Virus record (IMG/VR): IMGVR_UViG_3300035703_000005
Coordinates: 184,836-248,835 of that record
DNA length: 64,000 nucleotides
Strand: one strand, 5' to 3'
Positions 45,767 to 55,244 of this stretch are shown here, piece by piece. Position numbers and translations under genes: made by a program. The notes under the pieces are model-generated. The model worked only from the letters and a program-made list of their open reading frames with translations. It was not told the DNA's origin and ran no database searches. Every line of letters starts with the position of its first letter. Positions within the stretch are counted from its first letter, which is position 1.

Positions 45767-46249
45767 GAAAAAGGTCGATCTATTAAGTTCTACAACGTAG
45801 TCAAAGACCTTTTTGAGTTTTTCTTCAGTCAGATCAAAACAAGATCCATAAAGATCGAAAGGAAGTTTGAAAGTTTGTTCTGCAGTCTTCTGCGGATTTG
45901 TTGACATAAATCTGTCAATTTTAGGACAAGAATTGATCTTGTTGAACATTTTTGGAAACTTGGAAGAAAACTCAGAAACATATTTGTATTTTGTGTCCGA
46001 GAATCTCCGAGAAATATCTTTAACAACTACATCATACTCACATTCACTGATGAAGTTCCAACGTTTTTTACAAATACTTTTAAGTCCCCTGAGATATAAT
46101 TCTCCAGGATTCAGTTGTTCAAGAGCTTCTCTGATAATCAAGTCTTTGATAGATGTAGTCCAACTCAAGGAAAACTCTGAATACTTTTCTTTCAGATTTG
46201 TGATTGTGGGTTTGTCGGTGATTGGGCAGTTCATAGTGGTTTGAATCAC
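45761..46249 (-). CDS. hypothetical protein
   Basis: 162 aa; preceded by TTGACT-17-TATTCT (46284-46256). Confidence 0.6.
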   Translation of the reverse strand: MIQTTMNCPITDKPTITNLKEKYSEFSLSWTTSIKDLIIREALEQLNPGELYLRGLKSICKKRWNFISECEYDVVVKDISRRFSDTKYKYVSEFSSKFPKMFNKINSCPKIDRFMSTNPQKTAEQTFKLPFDLYGSCFDLTEEKLKKVFDYVVELNRSTFFS

Positions 46250-46295
46250 AGGCCAAGAATAACGACAAGATTTTGAAAAGTCAAGAGGTTTTGGA

Positions 46296-46784
46296 TTAGG
46301 AAACCTTATCAGTGGTATAAGTATAATCTATGTTACATGCGTAGAGAACTTTCATCATTAAGTTCAGCGATCTCTGGTGCGGTCGTTGTTTCCACCCATA
46401 CCACTGAGTTCTTTTGCCTTTGTCGTATGGGGGATTCTGACCAACAGACCAGTATTGTTCAGCGGTTACATCATAGATTGTTTCGCCATCTTGCAACCAC
46501 CAATGAGTATCATTTCGGTAGTCAATTCCACTCATAGGAACTAACTTATCTGTGTTCATTAGATAGAACAAAGCCTGGGTGGAATGATAACAATGTCCGT
46601 ACATTGGATTTGTTACATTTTCTTCTCGGTATTTCTTGGTGAGAAGATCAGGACTCAATTGATTTTGAATCACTTTCATGACTGATTCAGTAATCTCATG
46701 AGTATAGTAAAAGGGGAGAAATCCCAGAGTGCGAGTCTCTGAGATCTCTCCATCTTTGTAAGAATGTCTTACAACTTGTTTCAT
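46296..46784 (-). CDS. Cys-His-Asp (transglutaminase/papain-like) putative hydrolase
   Basis: 162 aa; YGHCYHS, THWWL, IYDVT in catalytic-triad order and spacing. Confidence 0.5.
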   Translation of the reverse strand: MKQVVRHSYKDGEISETRTLGFLPFYYTHEITESVMKVIQNQLSPDLLTKKYREENVTNPMYGHCYHSTQALFYLMNTDKLVPMSGIDYRNDTHWWLQDGETIYDVTAEQYWSVGQNPPYDKGKRTQWYGWKQRPHQRSLNLMMKVLYACNIDYTYTTDKVS

Positions 46785-47308
46785 TCAGATAGATAATCCT
46801 TTTCGTATTCGATCAGTTCTCTAGGAACAAGATCCTCAAAAACATCAGAGACAGCACCCTTTTCTGGGTGGAAAAGAATAATGTTCAGGTACTCATATTT
46901 CTTGTGAGTAGGAACATGAATCACGAACTCGCCATCTCTATTTTCAGTAAGTTTACTGAGTTTGTTATTTTCTTCTGGTGTGATTTCGATAGTTTGACAA
47001 CACATGTAAAAAAGTGTTTTGAACTTTTCGTAATCGGTCAACCAGACATCTGCGTTGTCATAAACCATTCGTGCAACGAATTGTGGTGAAAGACAATGAT
47101 CTTTAGTTGTCTTGTTTCCTTTTCGTTTTGCAGACATTGCTGCAGAACTGATGTATCCTGTCTTATTTGGTTCTCCTGCACAAAATACTTGATCGTACAG
47201 GAGACGAGTCATTGAACGCTGTTTATATTGATTTGCAGTTTTCCAGAAAGGAAGAACTCCTTTCATTGCATAAAAACAAATCTCAGCAAAATCTTCCCAC
47301 TTATTCAC
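46781..47308 (-). CDS. hypothetical protein, weak HNH-like motif
   Basis: 175 aa; TKDHCLSPQ ... ITPEENNKL. Confidence 0.45.
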   Translation of the reverse strand: MNKWEDFAEICFYAMKGVLPFWKTANQYKQRSMTRLLYDQVFCAGEPNKTGYISSAAMSAKRKGNKTTKDHCLSPQFVARMVYDNADVWLTDYEKFKTLFYMCCQTIEITPEENNKLSKLTENRDGEFVIHVPTHKKYEYLNIILFHPEKGAVSDVFEDLVPRELIEYEKDYLSE

Positions 47309-48333
47309 AGCCAGTCCTCCTGATTGTCGGATTCAATTTGCGGAAGAAACTTAAACTCAACATCCTTCACGGGATCGTATTTTCCTGCACGATAATCATC
47401 AACAATTTGGATGCAACGATTCAACATATCCTGCATCATTTGGGACTTTTTGTATTCACGGATCTTCTGAATCTTATCAGAAGTCGCATTGTTCACAGAA
47501 CAAATGTTGACGACCTTATCAACTTTACCACTTTGAAGAAGATAACAATCATCAAAGAAACAACGAGGATCGTAGTCAAGATCCTTGACACCACCAGATC
47601 CAGAACCACCCTTAAAAGTCTTGGAAATGTATGCAACACCGTCAAGAGGAACGATGTTACTACGAGAAGAAAACTCTAGTCCAGATTTGAACTCATCACA
47701 CCACACGCGACGAGTAGTATCGTCGTAAGATTTTACTGGAGTAATGATACCATATTTGGCACGGAGTTTCTCGCGGAGAGCAGGAAACTCATTAGTTTTC
47801 TGATTAAGTCGAATCAGACGAACATTGATTGACTTATCATCATCAATGTCAATAATACCCTTGTCAACCATATTTGCAAGGGTAAGGATAACATCGTTTT
47901 GAGTGCGAGGTGCCTTCACATACTCATCATCTTCGTCATTTTCGTTAGACTGGAAGATCATTTCATCTTCAAGACTATCGAAAGAAACAACTGCAACAAA
48001 GATAGTTTTCCGACCAGCAAGATAGTGAGCTTGAAGTCGGTGTTCACCACAAATAAGCTCAAAAGTACCGTTACCAAGATCCTTTACCGTTGGTTGTTCA
48101 TAACTGAACAAATAACGACCTTCTTCGATACGAGACACAAATGAAGCTACAACATCTCGATCAAGACCTTCAGCACGCACCTTGTTGGTATATTTGTTAC
48201 CAGTTCGTTGAACAACTTTACCAAGTTCAACTTCAAGGAAATAATCAAAGTTTACTCCTTCTCCACGAGGAATGTGGTTGGAGTTAGTAACCAGTTCGAC
48301 TTTTTTATCGAACGGGAGATCTAATGGGTTCAT
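47305..48333 (-). CDS. ParB/Sulfiredoxin-like N-terminal domain protein
   Basis: 342 aa; QPTVKDLGNGTFELICGEHRLQA. Confidence 0.6.
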   Translation of the reverse strand: MNPLDLPFDKKVELVTNSNHIPRGEGVNFDYFLEVELGKVVQRTGNKYTNKVRAEGLDRDVVASFVSRIEEGRYLFSYEQPTVKDLGNGTFELICGEHRLQAHYLAGRKTIFVAVVSFDSLEDEMIFQSNENDEDDEYVKAPRTQNDVILTLANMVDKGIIDIDDDKSINVRLIRLNQKTNEFPALREKLRAKYGIITPVKSYDDTTRRVWCDEFKSGLEFSSRSNIVPLDGVAYISKTFKGGSGSGGVKDLDYDPRCFFDDCYLLQSGKVDKVVNICSVNNATSDKIQKIREYKKSQMMQDMLNRCIQIVDDYRAGKYDPVKDVEFKFLPQIESDNQEDWL

Positions 48334-48437
48334 AGTTAAAATGTTTGCGAGGTTTGCATTATGCTTGACTTTGCCCTCTATTGAGGTCGTTGTCGTCGCG
48401 TGAGAGGTTAGTTTAGAGACTTAACTCTCATCGGTCT

Positions 48438-48466
48438 ATTATATTAAAAAGATTTCAGAAGGGCAA
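48438..48466 (-). promoter_or_regulatory. sigma70 promoter
   Basis: TTGCCC-17-TATAAT with a ~100-nt leader to the ATG at 48333. Confidence 0.7.
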
Positions 48467-48613
48467 GCGTTTCGGGATCAAATTGTTCCTGAACACCACC
48501 AATCGGAAGCCAATCTTCAGGATCAGTTTCCATCATGGATTGATACAAATCGTTCTCATCCATGTAATCGTAGTTGAAATCGTCGTTCATGGGTGAATCA
48601 GTTGAACAAGGCC

Positions 48614-48690
48614 AAAATAATGTGGATTAGGGGAGAAGTCAAGGGGCTGACCGATCAGAGATCTTTATGATTGATCTCCGATCTCATAAG
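48614..48690 (-). promoter_or_regulatory. sigma70 promoter with GATC-rich upstream element
   Basis: TTGACT-17-TATTTT; upstream CTGACCGATCAGAGATCTTTATGA, a copy of the 45740s element. Confidence 0.7.
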
Positions 48691-48857
48691 TTTTTACTTT
48701 TCTATTCTAAGATTGTCACGACAATAAACAAATCGTCTCCATTCTTCATCCGTAAAATTATCAGATGCGTATGGAATACCTACAACGTAGGCACAGAACT
48801 TGTTAATATCTTCAGAATAATTGTTGGAAGCAATAATAGAACTAGCGAGAAGTTCAA

Positions 48858-49262
48858 TCATTTGTTCATTTGAAGAGTAGGAACGGGCATACCACCTTCG
48901 GTAGGCACATAGATGGTCACATTACCTTTGTTAGCACCTTCTTCCAGACCAGTAATATACAGATACTGCAGATACTCACGATTGTCTTTCAGCGAGTTAC
49001 CGATGATCTGGTTTGCTTTCGCAACACCTTGAGCACGAATCACTTCAGCATCTGCAAGTTGTTGTGCAGAATCTTTCTTTGCTTGTGCTTCAAGAACTGC
49101 AACTTGACGGGTATATTCTGCTTTTTGTAGTTCTGCTTTACCTGCAAGGGATTGTGCCCATACATTATAGAGCGGACCAATAACAGCATTGATAATCACC
49201 AAAGAAACAAGGAAAGAGACGCCAATGATACTAGCGTTGCGAAGAGTGTTGTCTTGATTCAT
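48858..49262 (-). CDS. membrane protein with band-7/SPFH-like coiled-coil tail
   Basis: 134 aa; N-terminal TM helix; AELQKAEYTRQVAVLEAQA..AEVIRAQGVAKANQIIGNSL. Confidence 0.65.
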   Translation of the reverse strand: MNQDNTLRNASIIGVSFLVSLVIINAVIGPLYNVWAQSLAGKAELQKAEYTRQVAVLEAQAKKDSAQQLADAEVIRAQGVAKANQIIGNSLKDNREYLQYLYITGLEEGANKGNVTIYVPTEGGMPVPTLQMNK

Positions 49263-49281
49263 AATTTACCTCAAATAAAGT

Positions 49282-49620
49282 TTAGGGAGTAATCCAATCG
49301 TAACCATCAGGTTCTTTAACAGTCTCATACCCATCATACTCATCAATACGATAAGGACCAGAGACTTCTTCAACAGCAAGTTTAGCACACATTCCGTCTG
49401 CTTTCTCACCCAGTTCTTCTACAACTTGAACAAGAATGGGATTATGACGAGGAATATCATAATCACCCCAGTATTTGCAACTGTTGAACATACTCTTGGA
49501 GTTTGGATTATATTCTGGATTAGGTTGCAATCCTTCATAACCCAGTTCAACCATTCGGTCCATTGCTTCATTGGATAGACCGAACCCACCGTAGCAGGCA
49601 TTATATACTACTTTAGTCAC
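49282..49620 (-). CDS. conserved phage protein
   Basis: 112 aa; KVVYNACYGGFGLS..PRHNPILVQVVEELG..YRIDEYDG. Confidence 0.7.
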   Translation of the reverse strand: MTKVVYNACYGGFGLSNEAMDRMVELGYEGLQPNPEYNPNSKSMFNSCKYWGDYDIPRHNPILVQVVEELGEKADGMCAKLAVEEVSGPYRIDEYDGYETVKEPDGYDWITP

Positions 49621-49883
49621 AGGGCAGCAACCTCATTCAGGAGTTTTTCAACATCAGACTCGGTAAGATGACCGATAACATCGTCAGTGATGGGAGTATC
49701 ATAGCACAGATGCCATTCATCTTCAACTCCTTTCAGCACGGCAAGTTCATACAGTCCAAGACCACCACCATAGGAGTTGGAAGATTTAATCACACTCACA
49801 CCATAACCATTGTCAAAGAAGTGTTTTGCTTGAACACCATCCCAGCTAGGGTGATCGTCAAAGTTAAGTTCAGTGAAGTTCAT
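49617..49883 (-). CDS. conserved phage protein
   Basis: 88 aa; FDNGYGVSVI..SYGG..GLYELAVL. Confidence 0.7.
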   Translation of the reverse strand: MNFTELNFDDHPSWDGVQAKHFFDNGYGVSVIKSSNSYGGGLGLYELAVLKGVEDEWHLCYDTPITDDVIGHLTESDVEKLLNEVAAL

Positions 49884-49885
49884 AA

Positions 49886-50080
49886 TCAGTTATAGGTACA
49901 GAGTTGAGTGATACGACCGTATTGAATGCCTTCAGACCATTTGCCACCAGCATCAAGACACGCTTGTTTGTTGGGAATAAATGATCGGTCTCCGTTAATA
50001 AAAAGATTGATAAACATTCCTCCAATAACAACAAGAATCAGAACAATCATCAGTTCAACAAGAGTGAATCCGTTTTTCAT
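49886..50080 (-). CDS. type IV pilin-like mini-protein
   Basis: 64 aa; MKNG|FTLVELMIVL class III prepilin cleavage/N-methylation motif; C-terminal C..GGKW..C. Confidence 0.75.
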   Translation of the reverse strand: MKNGFTLVELMIVLILVVIGGMFINLFINGDRSFIPNKQACLDAGGKWSEGIQYGRITQLCTYN

Positions 50081-50265
50081 TTGGAAGAAACGTTAGTTTT
50101 GAAGATAGCGTTAGCGAGAAAGATAATGGCAAAGTTCTGCCAGAAGGACAAGGATACACCAAACCAAGACAGAATCAGTCCAAGCAACCACGCCTCAAAG
50201 AAGAGACCAGCAACAGCAAGGACAATTACACCAAAAGCAACGCCAAGAGCAGTAGAAGTTTTCAT
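50077..50265 (-). CDS. small membrane protein (paralog of 39499-39714)
   Basis: EAWLLGLILSWFGVSLSFWQN. Confidence 0.65.
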   Translation of the reverse strand: MKTSTALGVAFGVIVLAVAGLFFEAWLLGLILSWFGVSLSFWQNFAIIFLANAIFKTNVSSK

Positions 50266-50403
50266 TTAGTTTCTCCAACATAAACATAATCGGGATGTTT
50301 GGCTTTAAAAGCCTCTACCTGCTCTTCAGTTTTAAGAAATACCGAAAGAGTAGTGTTCGGATGTTCCTTAAAGTAATACTTCACTTGAATGAGGTTTTTC
50401 ATA

Positions 50404-50787
50404 TCACGCAGGGATCACTAGTTCATTACCTTTAGGAGTATAACACTTCCACTCACCATCGGCAAAGATGTAAGCGTAGTCACCCCAAGAATCATTTACG
50501 GATTTGATAAAAGTATTGAAAGATTCGTGGAGTTTGGGATCTACGTTTTCTTCACCACGCTCAGCATAATAGAGAGGGCGGGGTTCCATTTCTTTCTGTT
50601 CCCAATCTTTATTAGTCCACAGAGAGCTGATGTCACCACCATCAATCAACTCTGCAGCTTGTTCGTAAGAGTCGAAGTGTTCTTTGAGTTTCCTACCATT
50701 CCACTCGGGATAATTATCCCAATGTGAATACACAGAGAGAACAGATCCATCCTTGAGTTGGATGCCGATTCGTCCGCGAGTTGCCAT
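50404..50787 (-). CDS. conserved phage early protein
   Basis: 127 aa; MATRGRIG..SVYSHWDNYPEWNG..LIDGGDISSL. Confidence 0.7.
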   Translation of the reverse strand: MATRGRIGIQLKDGSVLSVYSHWDNYPEWNGRKLKEHFDSYEQAAELIDGGDISSLWTNKDWEQKEMEPRPLYYAERGEENVDPKLHESFNTFIKSVNDSWGDYAYIFADGEWKCYTPKGNELVIPA

Positions 50788-50805
50788 GTGTCTTGATTGA
50801 TTACT

Positions 50806-50868
50806 TGGCTAGTATGATGCACCAGAGGGGTCTGTGGCGTCCTCAGTGGACAGTTCAGAAAGTGTCCA
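50806..50868 (-). promoter_or_regulatory. early promoter cassette, class B box orientation
   Basis: -10 CATACT; GTGGCG at -35; + strand GTGGACAGTTCAGAAAGTGTCCA. Confidence 0.7.
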
Positions 50869-51006
50869 AAGCGTCCTCTCACACTCTTGTCTAATGCAAT
50901 CAATAAAGTCCTGTTCTGTCCAGGTGTTCAAGATACTTTCAGTGGGATCATTTTCATCCCATGAAATAGTAAACGAACCATCTTGTTCTTCTGTTACTTC
51001 AATCAT
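50809..51006 (-). CDS. small acidic protein
   Basis: MIEVTEEQDGSFTISWDENDP. Confidence 0.6.
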   Translation of the reverse strand: MIEVTEEQDGSFTISWDENDPTESILNTWTEQDFIDCIRQECERTLWTLSELSTEDATDPSGASY

Positions 51007-51174
51007 TGTTGATTCTCCTTCACAACGCAAGATGCAGTGCATTTGAGATCACCAGAAACACCAACTACAGTGGATGTGTGTTGTGGTGTTTTTTCTGGCA
51101 TTAGATTATACGATACTATTGCAGAAATAAAAAATGCAAGTGATGGAATTGCAACATATTGCAAATAAGTTTTA

Positions 51175-51525
51175 CTATTCATGATCCTCATCCCAAGGCG
51201 CTTTACGATTTAGTATCTCTTTGAATCTTTCCATTATAACAGGATCCGGCGGTTGATTCAAGCGTTCAACAAGGGCATCAAAGTCTTTTGCAGGCAACAC
51301 AACTTTTTCAGGTTTTGCTCCCTTACCCCAAAACTTCTCAAACTCCCACTTATAATTCATATCGTGCCATCCTCCGCTAAGAGAATGCCAAAACTCTCCC
51401 CAAATGTGATAATCATCAAAGCGAAATCCATAATGAGACATCAATCTATACCACCACCAGAATGGCGTATACTTAATCGGATTTAATCCGATTATCCACT
51501 TATTTAAGAACACGGGAAAGTCCAT
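51175..51525 (-). CDS. hypothetical protein
   Basis: 116 aa; Trp-rich, C-terminal LPAKDFDALVERLNQPP. Confidence 0.6.
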   Translation of the reverse strand: MDFPVFLNKWIIGLNPIKYTPFWWWYRLMSHYGFRFDDYHIWGEFWHSLSGGWHDMNYKWEFEKFWGKGAKPEKVVLPAKDFDALVERLNQPPDPVIMERFKEILNRKAPWDEDHE

Positions 51526-52021
51526 TACTTTTTACTCATCACATAAGAATAATAAGAATCTCTGCCACTCAAATTATAAGGATCAAATCCTGGTTGATTC
51601 ATCGCATATTCATCGTTCATTTCAATCCACCCCGCAGATAATTCTTCAAAAAATGCACATCTATCTATGTTATCTTCTAGGGTTAAACGAAAATAGATTG
51701 CATTAGAGATTGCTCCAAATCCCCATGCAATCATTTCCCATTTACATGTTATGAATGTCATACATTTCATCTTCATCAAAGATACTCTCAAGGTATGTAT
51801 CAAAATCAAGTGCGGGTTCTGACATTACAAAGTGACCAAAACCCTCCTGTCCTTCAACATGATTACTCACATAATCTTGAAGAGCAAGAAAGATCTTCGC
51901 AGCTCTTTCCCTATCATGTTTCACGATAGCTGTATGAGGATGTGCAACAATGTTGGTAATTACATCAAAGAGTTCTTCAACTTTCATAGAGAAAGCTTTT
52001 TGATCCACATTGACTTTGAGT

Positions 52022-52921
52022 TTATCCACAATCAGGCATCCATAATGTAGAGAGTTTGTTTTTCTTTGCGGTGATGTTGAAGTGGTCAATCTGCCCATTC
52101 TTATGATAGATTCCACACCAGAGGAATCCATCATCCATCATCTCAAAGTGTATCATATCTATGTCCTTGACGACAATCTCATCAGGGTTCTTTTCATCGT
52201 TCATTTTTCAAGTTCGTCAGCAAGTTCATAAAGCACACGAGCATCAACTACCATATCCTCACCATTACCAAAGTGATAGTATTGAAACTCATTCACAATC
52301 TTACGAACAACAGTCGCAAGAGCTTCTCGCATATCATCTGTGGGTTCTACAATTAGTTCTCCACAAAATGCGTTCCAGATTGTTTGTGCTCTTGTGTTCA
52401 TTGATAAGGATTCTTGAGGTTGTCTAGAATTGCATTAAAAAACGCAACACGATCTTTGTCGTATTCTACATCAACTGAATGAGAATTGCAAAAATCTACA
52501 ATGGTTTTCTCAAGACGATCTGGATAGGAATGATTGAATCTTGCATAGGTAATGTGATTCTCAAACTGTTCACGCATCATCTCAAAAAGTTGGAAAAGTT
52601 CTTTTTGTGAGAGTTCTACTTCTCGTTCAGTTTCTTGATGTGATTGAAATTTGATGTTCATTTCAGTTCTCCATAAAGTTCAAGAATACGACGAGCAACA
52701 ACAATCGCAAGTTGTTTGTTGCCGATAGACATATCTTCGGTGATGTTTTTAGAACCTTCTTCGTGTCCCTTTTCACCCGATTTAATGTAAACTCCACCAT
52801 TATCTGCTTGGAGTTCTACACGATAAGTCATTCCTTCTGCTTCATCACAAAGTTCATAAACATCAGTGATGCTATGAAGAATATCCGTTCCAATAATGTT
52901 GTTGTAGAAATTGTGAGTCAT
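52022..52921 (-). other. run of four tightly overlapping small early genes (52022-52204, 52201-52401, 52398-52661, 52658-52921)
   Basis: Minus-strand ORFs with ATGA overlaps; TATAAT at 52950-52945 upstream. Confidence 0.65.
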
Positions 52922-52950
52922 TGTAATTAGGTGTTTATGAGAGTATTATA

Positions 52951-53229
52951 TCAAATAGAATGAGGATAACTTACTTTAGTCCAAGGAAGAGTTTTCAGTT
53001 CTTCATCAGTAAATTGAATACCATCATCATAACTTGCTTCATTCTTATAAAGATAAAACTGCTTGAAATTAACAACAGTTCCTCGTAAATCTCCATGTTC
53101 ATCTACTTGATAGACAAGCACATCACAATACTTATTCCTATCATAAGTCAGGATTTTTGCCTTACGAATAGGTGCTCCCTCAGCATCACCATAGGATTCA
53201 ATAGGATAATCAGTAAAGGCATCAAGCAT
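52951..53229 (-). CDS. conserved phage small protein
   Basis: MLDAFTDYPIESYGD..YDRNKYC; start after the class B promoter leader. Confidence 0.65.
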   Translation of the reverse strand: MLDAFTDYPIESYGDAEGAPIRKAKILTYDRNKYCDVLVYQVDEHGDLRGTVVNFKQFYLYKNEASYDDGIQFTDEELKTLPWTKVSYPHSI

Positions 53230-53250
53230 TTGGAGTTCCTTTGTGTATAA

Positions 53251-53312
53251 GAGTATTATAGGGTAAAAAGGGCACCAATGGAGATGCCCTTGTGCCAGTT
53301 CTTCAAGTGTCC
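53251..53312 (-). promoter_or_regulatory. class B early promoter cassette with stem-loop
   Basis: TATAAT; AAGGGCA/TGCCCTT hairpin; + strand GTGCCAGTTCTTCAAGTGTCC. Confidence 0.8.
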
Positions 53313-53605
53313 TAACTCCAATTAAAGTGTAAATGAGTTTGCCAGATACCAAAAGATTTCTCTCTCAACATATGAGCAATCACATCAGGAAGAAATCGTG
53401 TGTATTTGTCAAGAAACTCCCGTTCTTCAAGTTCTTCTGTTCCTTGTAGATAAAAGTCAATATCTACAAACTTCTCCCATCGTTTTTGGAAATAATCTTC
53501 TGGATATTGTGGAGAGTTATTGCGGGAGATTTGTAGGAAGATAGTTCTGCCTTCACCAGTCCCATAATAATCAATCACATAATACTTGTAGAATGGTTCA
53601 GTCAT
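53312..53605 (-). CDS. small early protein
   Basis: 97 aa, YYVIDYYGTGEGRTIFL. Confidence 0.65.
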   Translation of the reverse strand: MTEPFYKYYVIDYYGTGEGRTIFLQISRNNSPQYPEDYFQKRWEKFVDIDFYLQGTEELEEREFLDKYTRFLPDVIAHMLREKSFGIWQTHLHFNWS

Positions 53606-53761
53606 TATCCTATAAAAAGATTTGTAGAAATGTCGTAAAAGTATTGAGGTGGTTCGTCTGGTTTCTTTTCTGGTTCTGGTTGATAAGAACTTTGTGGTTT
53701 TTGTTGAGTTTTGAGATACTCTTTGACTTCTTCCACACTCATTTCGTAGAGTTTTGGTTGT

Positions 53762-54307
53762 TCAGTCATTTTTCAGTTTTCTCACTCGTTCAAGAAACTC
53801 ATTACCTTGTTGATACAATCGTGCAATCAAATCTTTGATGTCATCAATCGCAATCACATTATACTCTACATTCAGGTTTTCGCACATAAGAGCATCAACA
53901 GCACAGTCCAGTGCCATTGCCTGCATATGTTCTGGGGTAATTGGTGTGCCGTGAGGCATACCAGAACATTCTTCATTGTAAAAATGATTATATCGTGAGA
54001 GAACTGTTCTACTTCTTTCCTCTCGTTCCCATTGATCCTTCTCAATTTCAGCAAGACGAAGCATAGCATCCCCGTGTTTCTCATAGAGTTCATCAAGGGC
54101 ATCAAGTGCCTTGCGTTCTGCTTCACGGCGCTCAGCTTCCTCAAACATTGCATCAGGATAAGGTTCTTGATTTCTCATAAGTCGTTTCAGTTGTTCTTTG
54201 CCGTATTCAGTCAGTTCGTGTTTTTTATTGCGGAGTTCTTCAATCTCTTTTTGCGAAAGATTGACCCATACCATATCATCAGGATCTGGAAGGTTGTATT
54301 CAGTCAT
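53762..54307 (-). CDS. early protein (modular)
   Basis: 181 aa; acidic helical segments; ECSGMPHGTPITPEH. Confidence 0.65.
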   Translation of the reverse strand: MTEYNLPDPDDMVWVNLSQKEIEELRNKKHELTEYGKEQLKRLMRNQEPYPDAMFEEAERREAERKALDALDELYEKHGDAMLRLAEIEKDQWEREERSRTVLSRYNHFYNEECSGMPHGTPITPEHMQAMALDCAVDALMCENLNVEYNVIAIDDIKDLIARLYQQGNEFLERVRKLKND

Positions 54308-54510
54308 AATCCAATATTCCTCACATATTCGTGTGTGCGAACAACTTCTTGAACATCTTTGAGTTGTGTTTCAAGTTCTCTAATTTTAAGATAGAGTTCC
54401 TCCAAGTGTGATGTGAGTTGATAAATGTTTACCCTATCAATCTCATAACACCCACTACTATCTGTGAGGTCTCCAAAGATAGTTCTCCAATCGTCGGTTC
54501 TGTCAGTCAT
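54304..54510 (-). CDS. small coiled-coil protein
   Basis: 68-aa ORF, overlapping junctions. Confidence 0.55.
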   Translation of the reverse strand: MTDRTDDWRTIFGDLTDSSGCYEIDRVNIYQLTSHLEELYLKIRELETQLKDVQEVVRTHEYVRNIGL

Positions 54511-55244
54511 CGTAGCATCTCCTTGATTTTACGCAAACAATCATTAAATCCATCCACAAGCAATTCAGTATTTACATTCTGACTTCCTTCTGCTGATTGT
54601 TCTTTCGGCAACCATCTCTCCACCAAATCTACAAACTCATCACAACAATTAAAAGAATATCCAAGTTCATCTCTTACCATATTGTAGAGTTTTTGAGATT
54701 TATATTTCTCCACCAATCTATTCACAACCTCATCGGTAATGTATGAAGCAGGATTATCTTTCTCATCCCACTCTACTTCATCATAATGTTCTGGTTCATC
54801 AGGACAATATGATTCATCATACTTTCCTTTCTTCACATCATTAAACCACACACCTTCAAGCAAACGATGAGTTTCACCATCAATAATCTGTTTTAGAAGA
54901 ATTACATCATTATCATCCCTTTTGCTAATATACCAATAAACTTCATCAGGCAGGTCAAGACGATAATAAGTTTCATTATTATAAGAAACAATCTCAACTT
55001 TTCCTTCATTCACATATACCATTATTGGTTGAGATTTATGTGTTTCAATCTCTTTGAGGAGGTCAAGTTTCTTTTGAAGCACTTTGATTTCTGCTTCTGT
55101 TTTTTGAATATCGTTGGTAAAAGTCATTTGTTTCAGGTAAGGAGTAGCATCCATCACACCATCTTTGATTGCTTGTCTAAAAGCATTACGGAGACCATCA
55201 GCAACTTGTTCTGGTGTTTGGGGAGTTGGTTGAAATTCAGTCAT
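54507..55244 (-). CDS. early protein, WLP-x-E...G[FYW]N family
   Basis: 245 aa; C-terminal VERWLPKEQSAEG..DGFNDCLRKIK. Confidence 0.65.
   Translation of the reverse strand: MTEFQPTPQTPEQVADGLRNAFRQAIKDGVMDATPYLKQMTFTNDIQKTEAEIKVLQKKLDLLKEIETHKSQPIMVYVNEGKVEIVSYNNETYYRLDLPDEVYWYISKRDDNDVILLKQIIDGETHRLLEGVWFNDVKKGKYDESYCPDEPEHYDEVEWDEKDNPASYITDEVVNRLVEKYKSQKLYNMVRDELGYSFNCCDEFVDLVERWLPKEQSAEGSQNVNTELLVDGFNDCLRKIKEMLR

Noticed and set aside
52941-52950. Class B promoter at 52.9 kb as a full cassette
   Set aside because: Only the GAGTATTATA/-10 part is present; the hairpin and operator are replaced by the upstream coding sequence.
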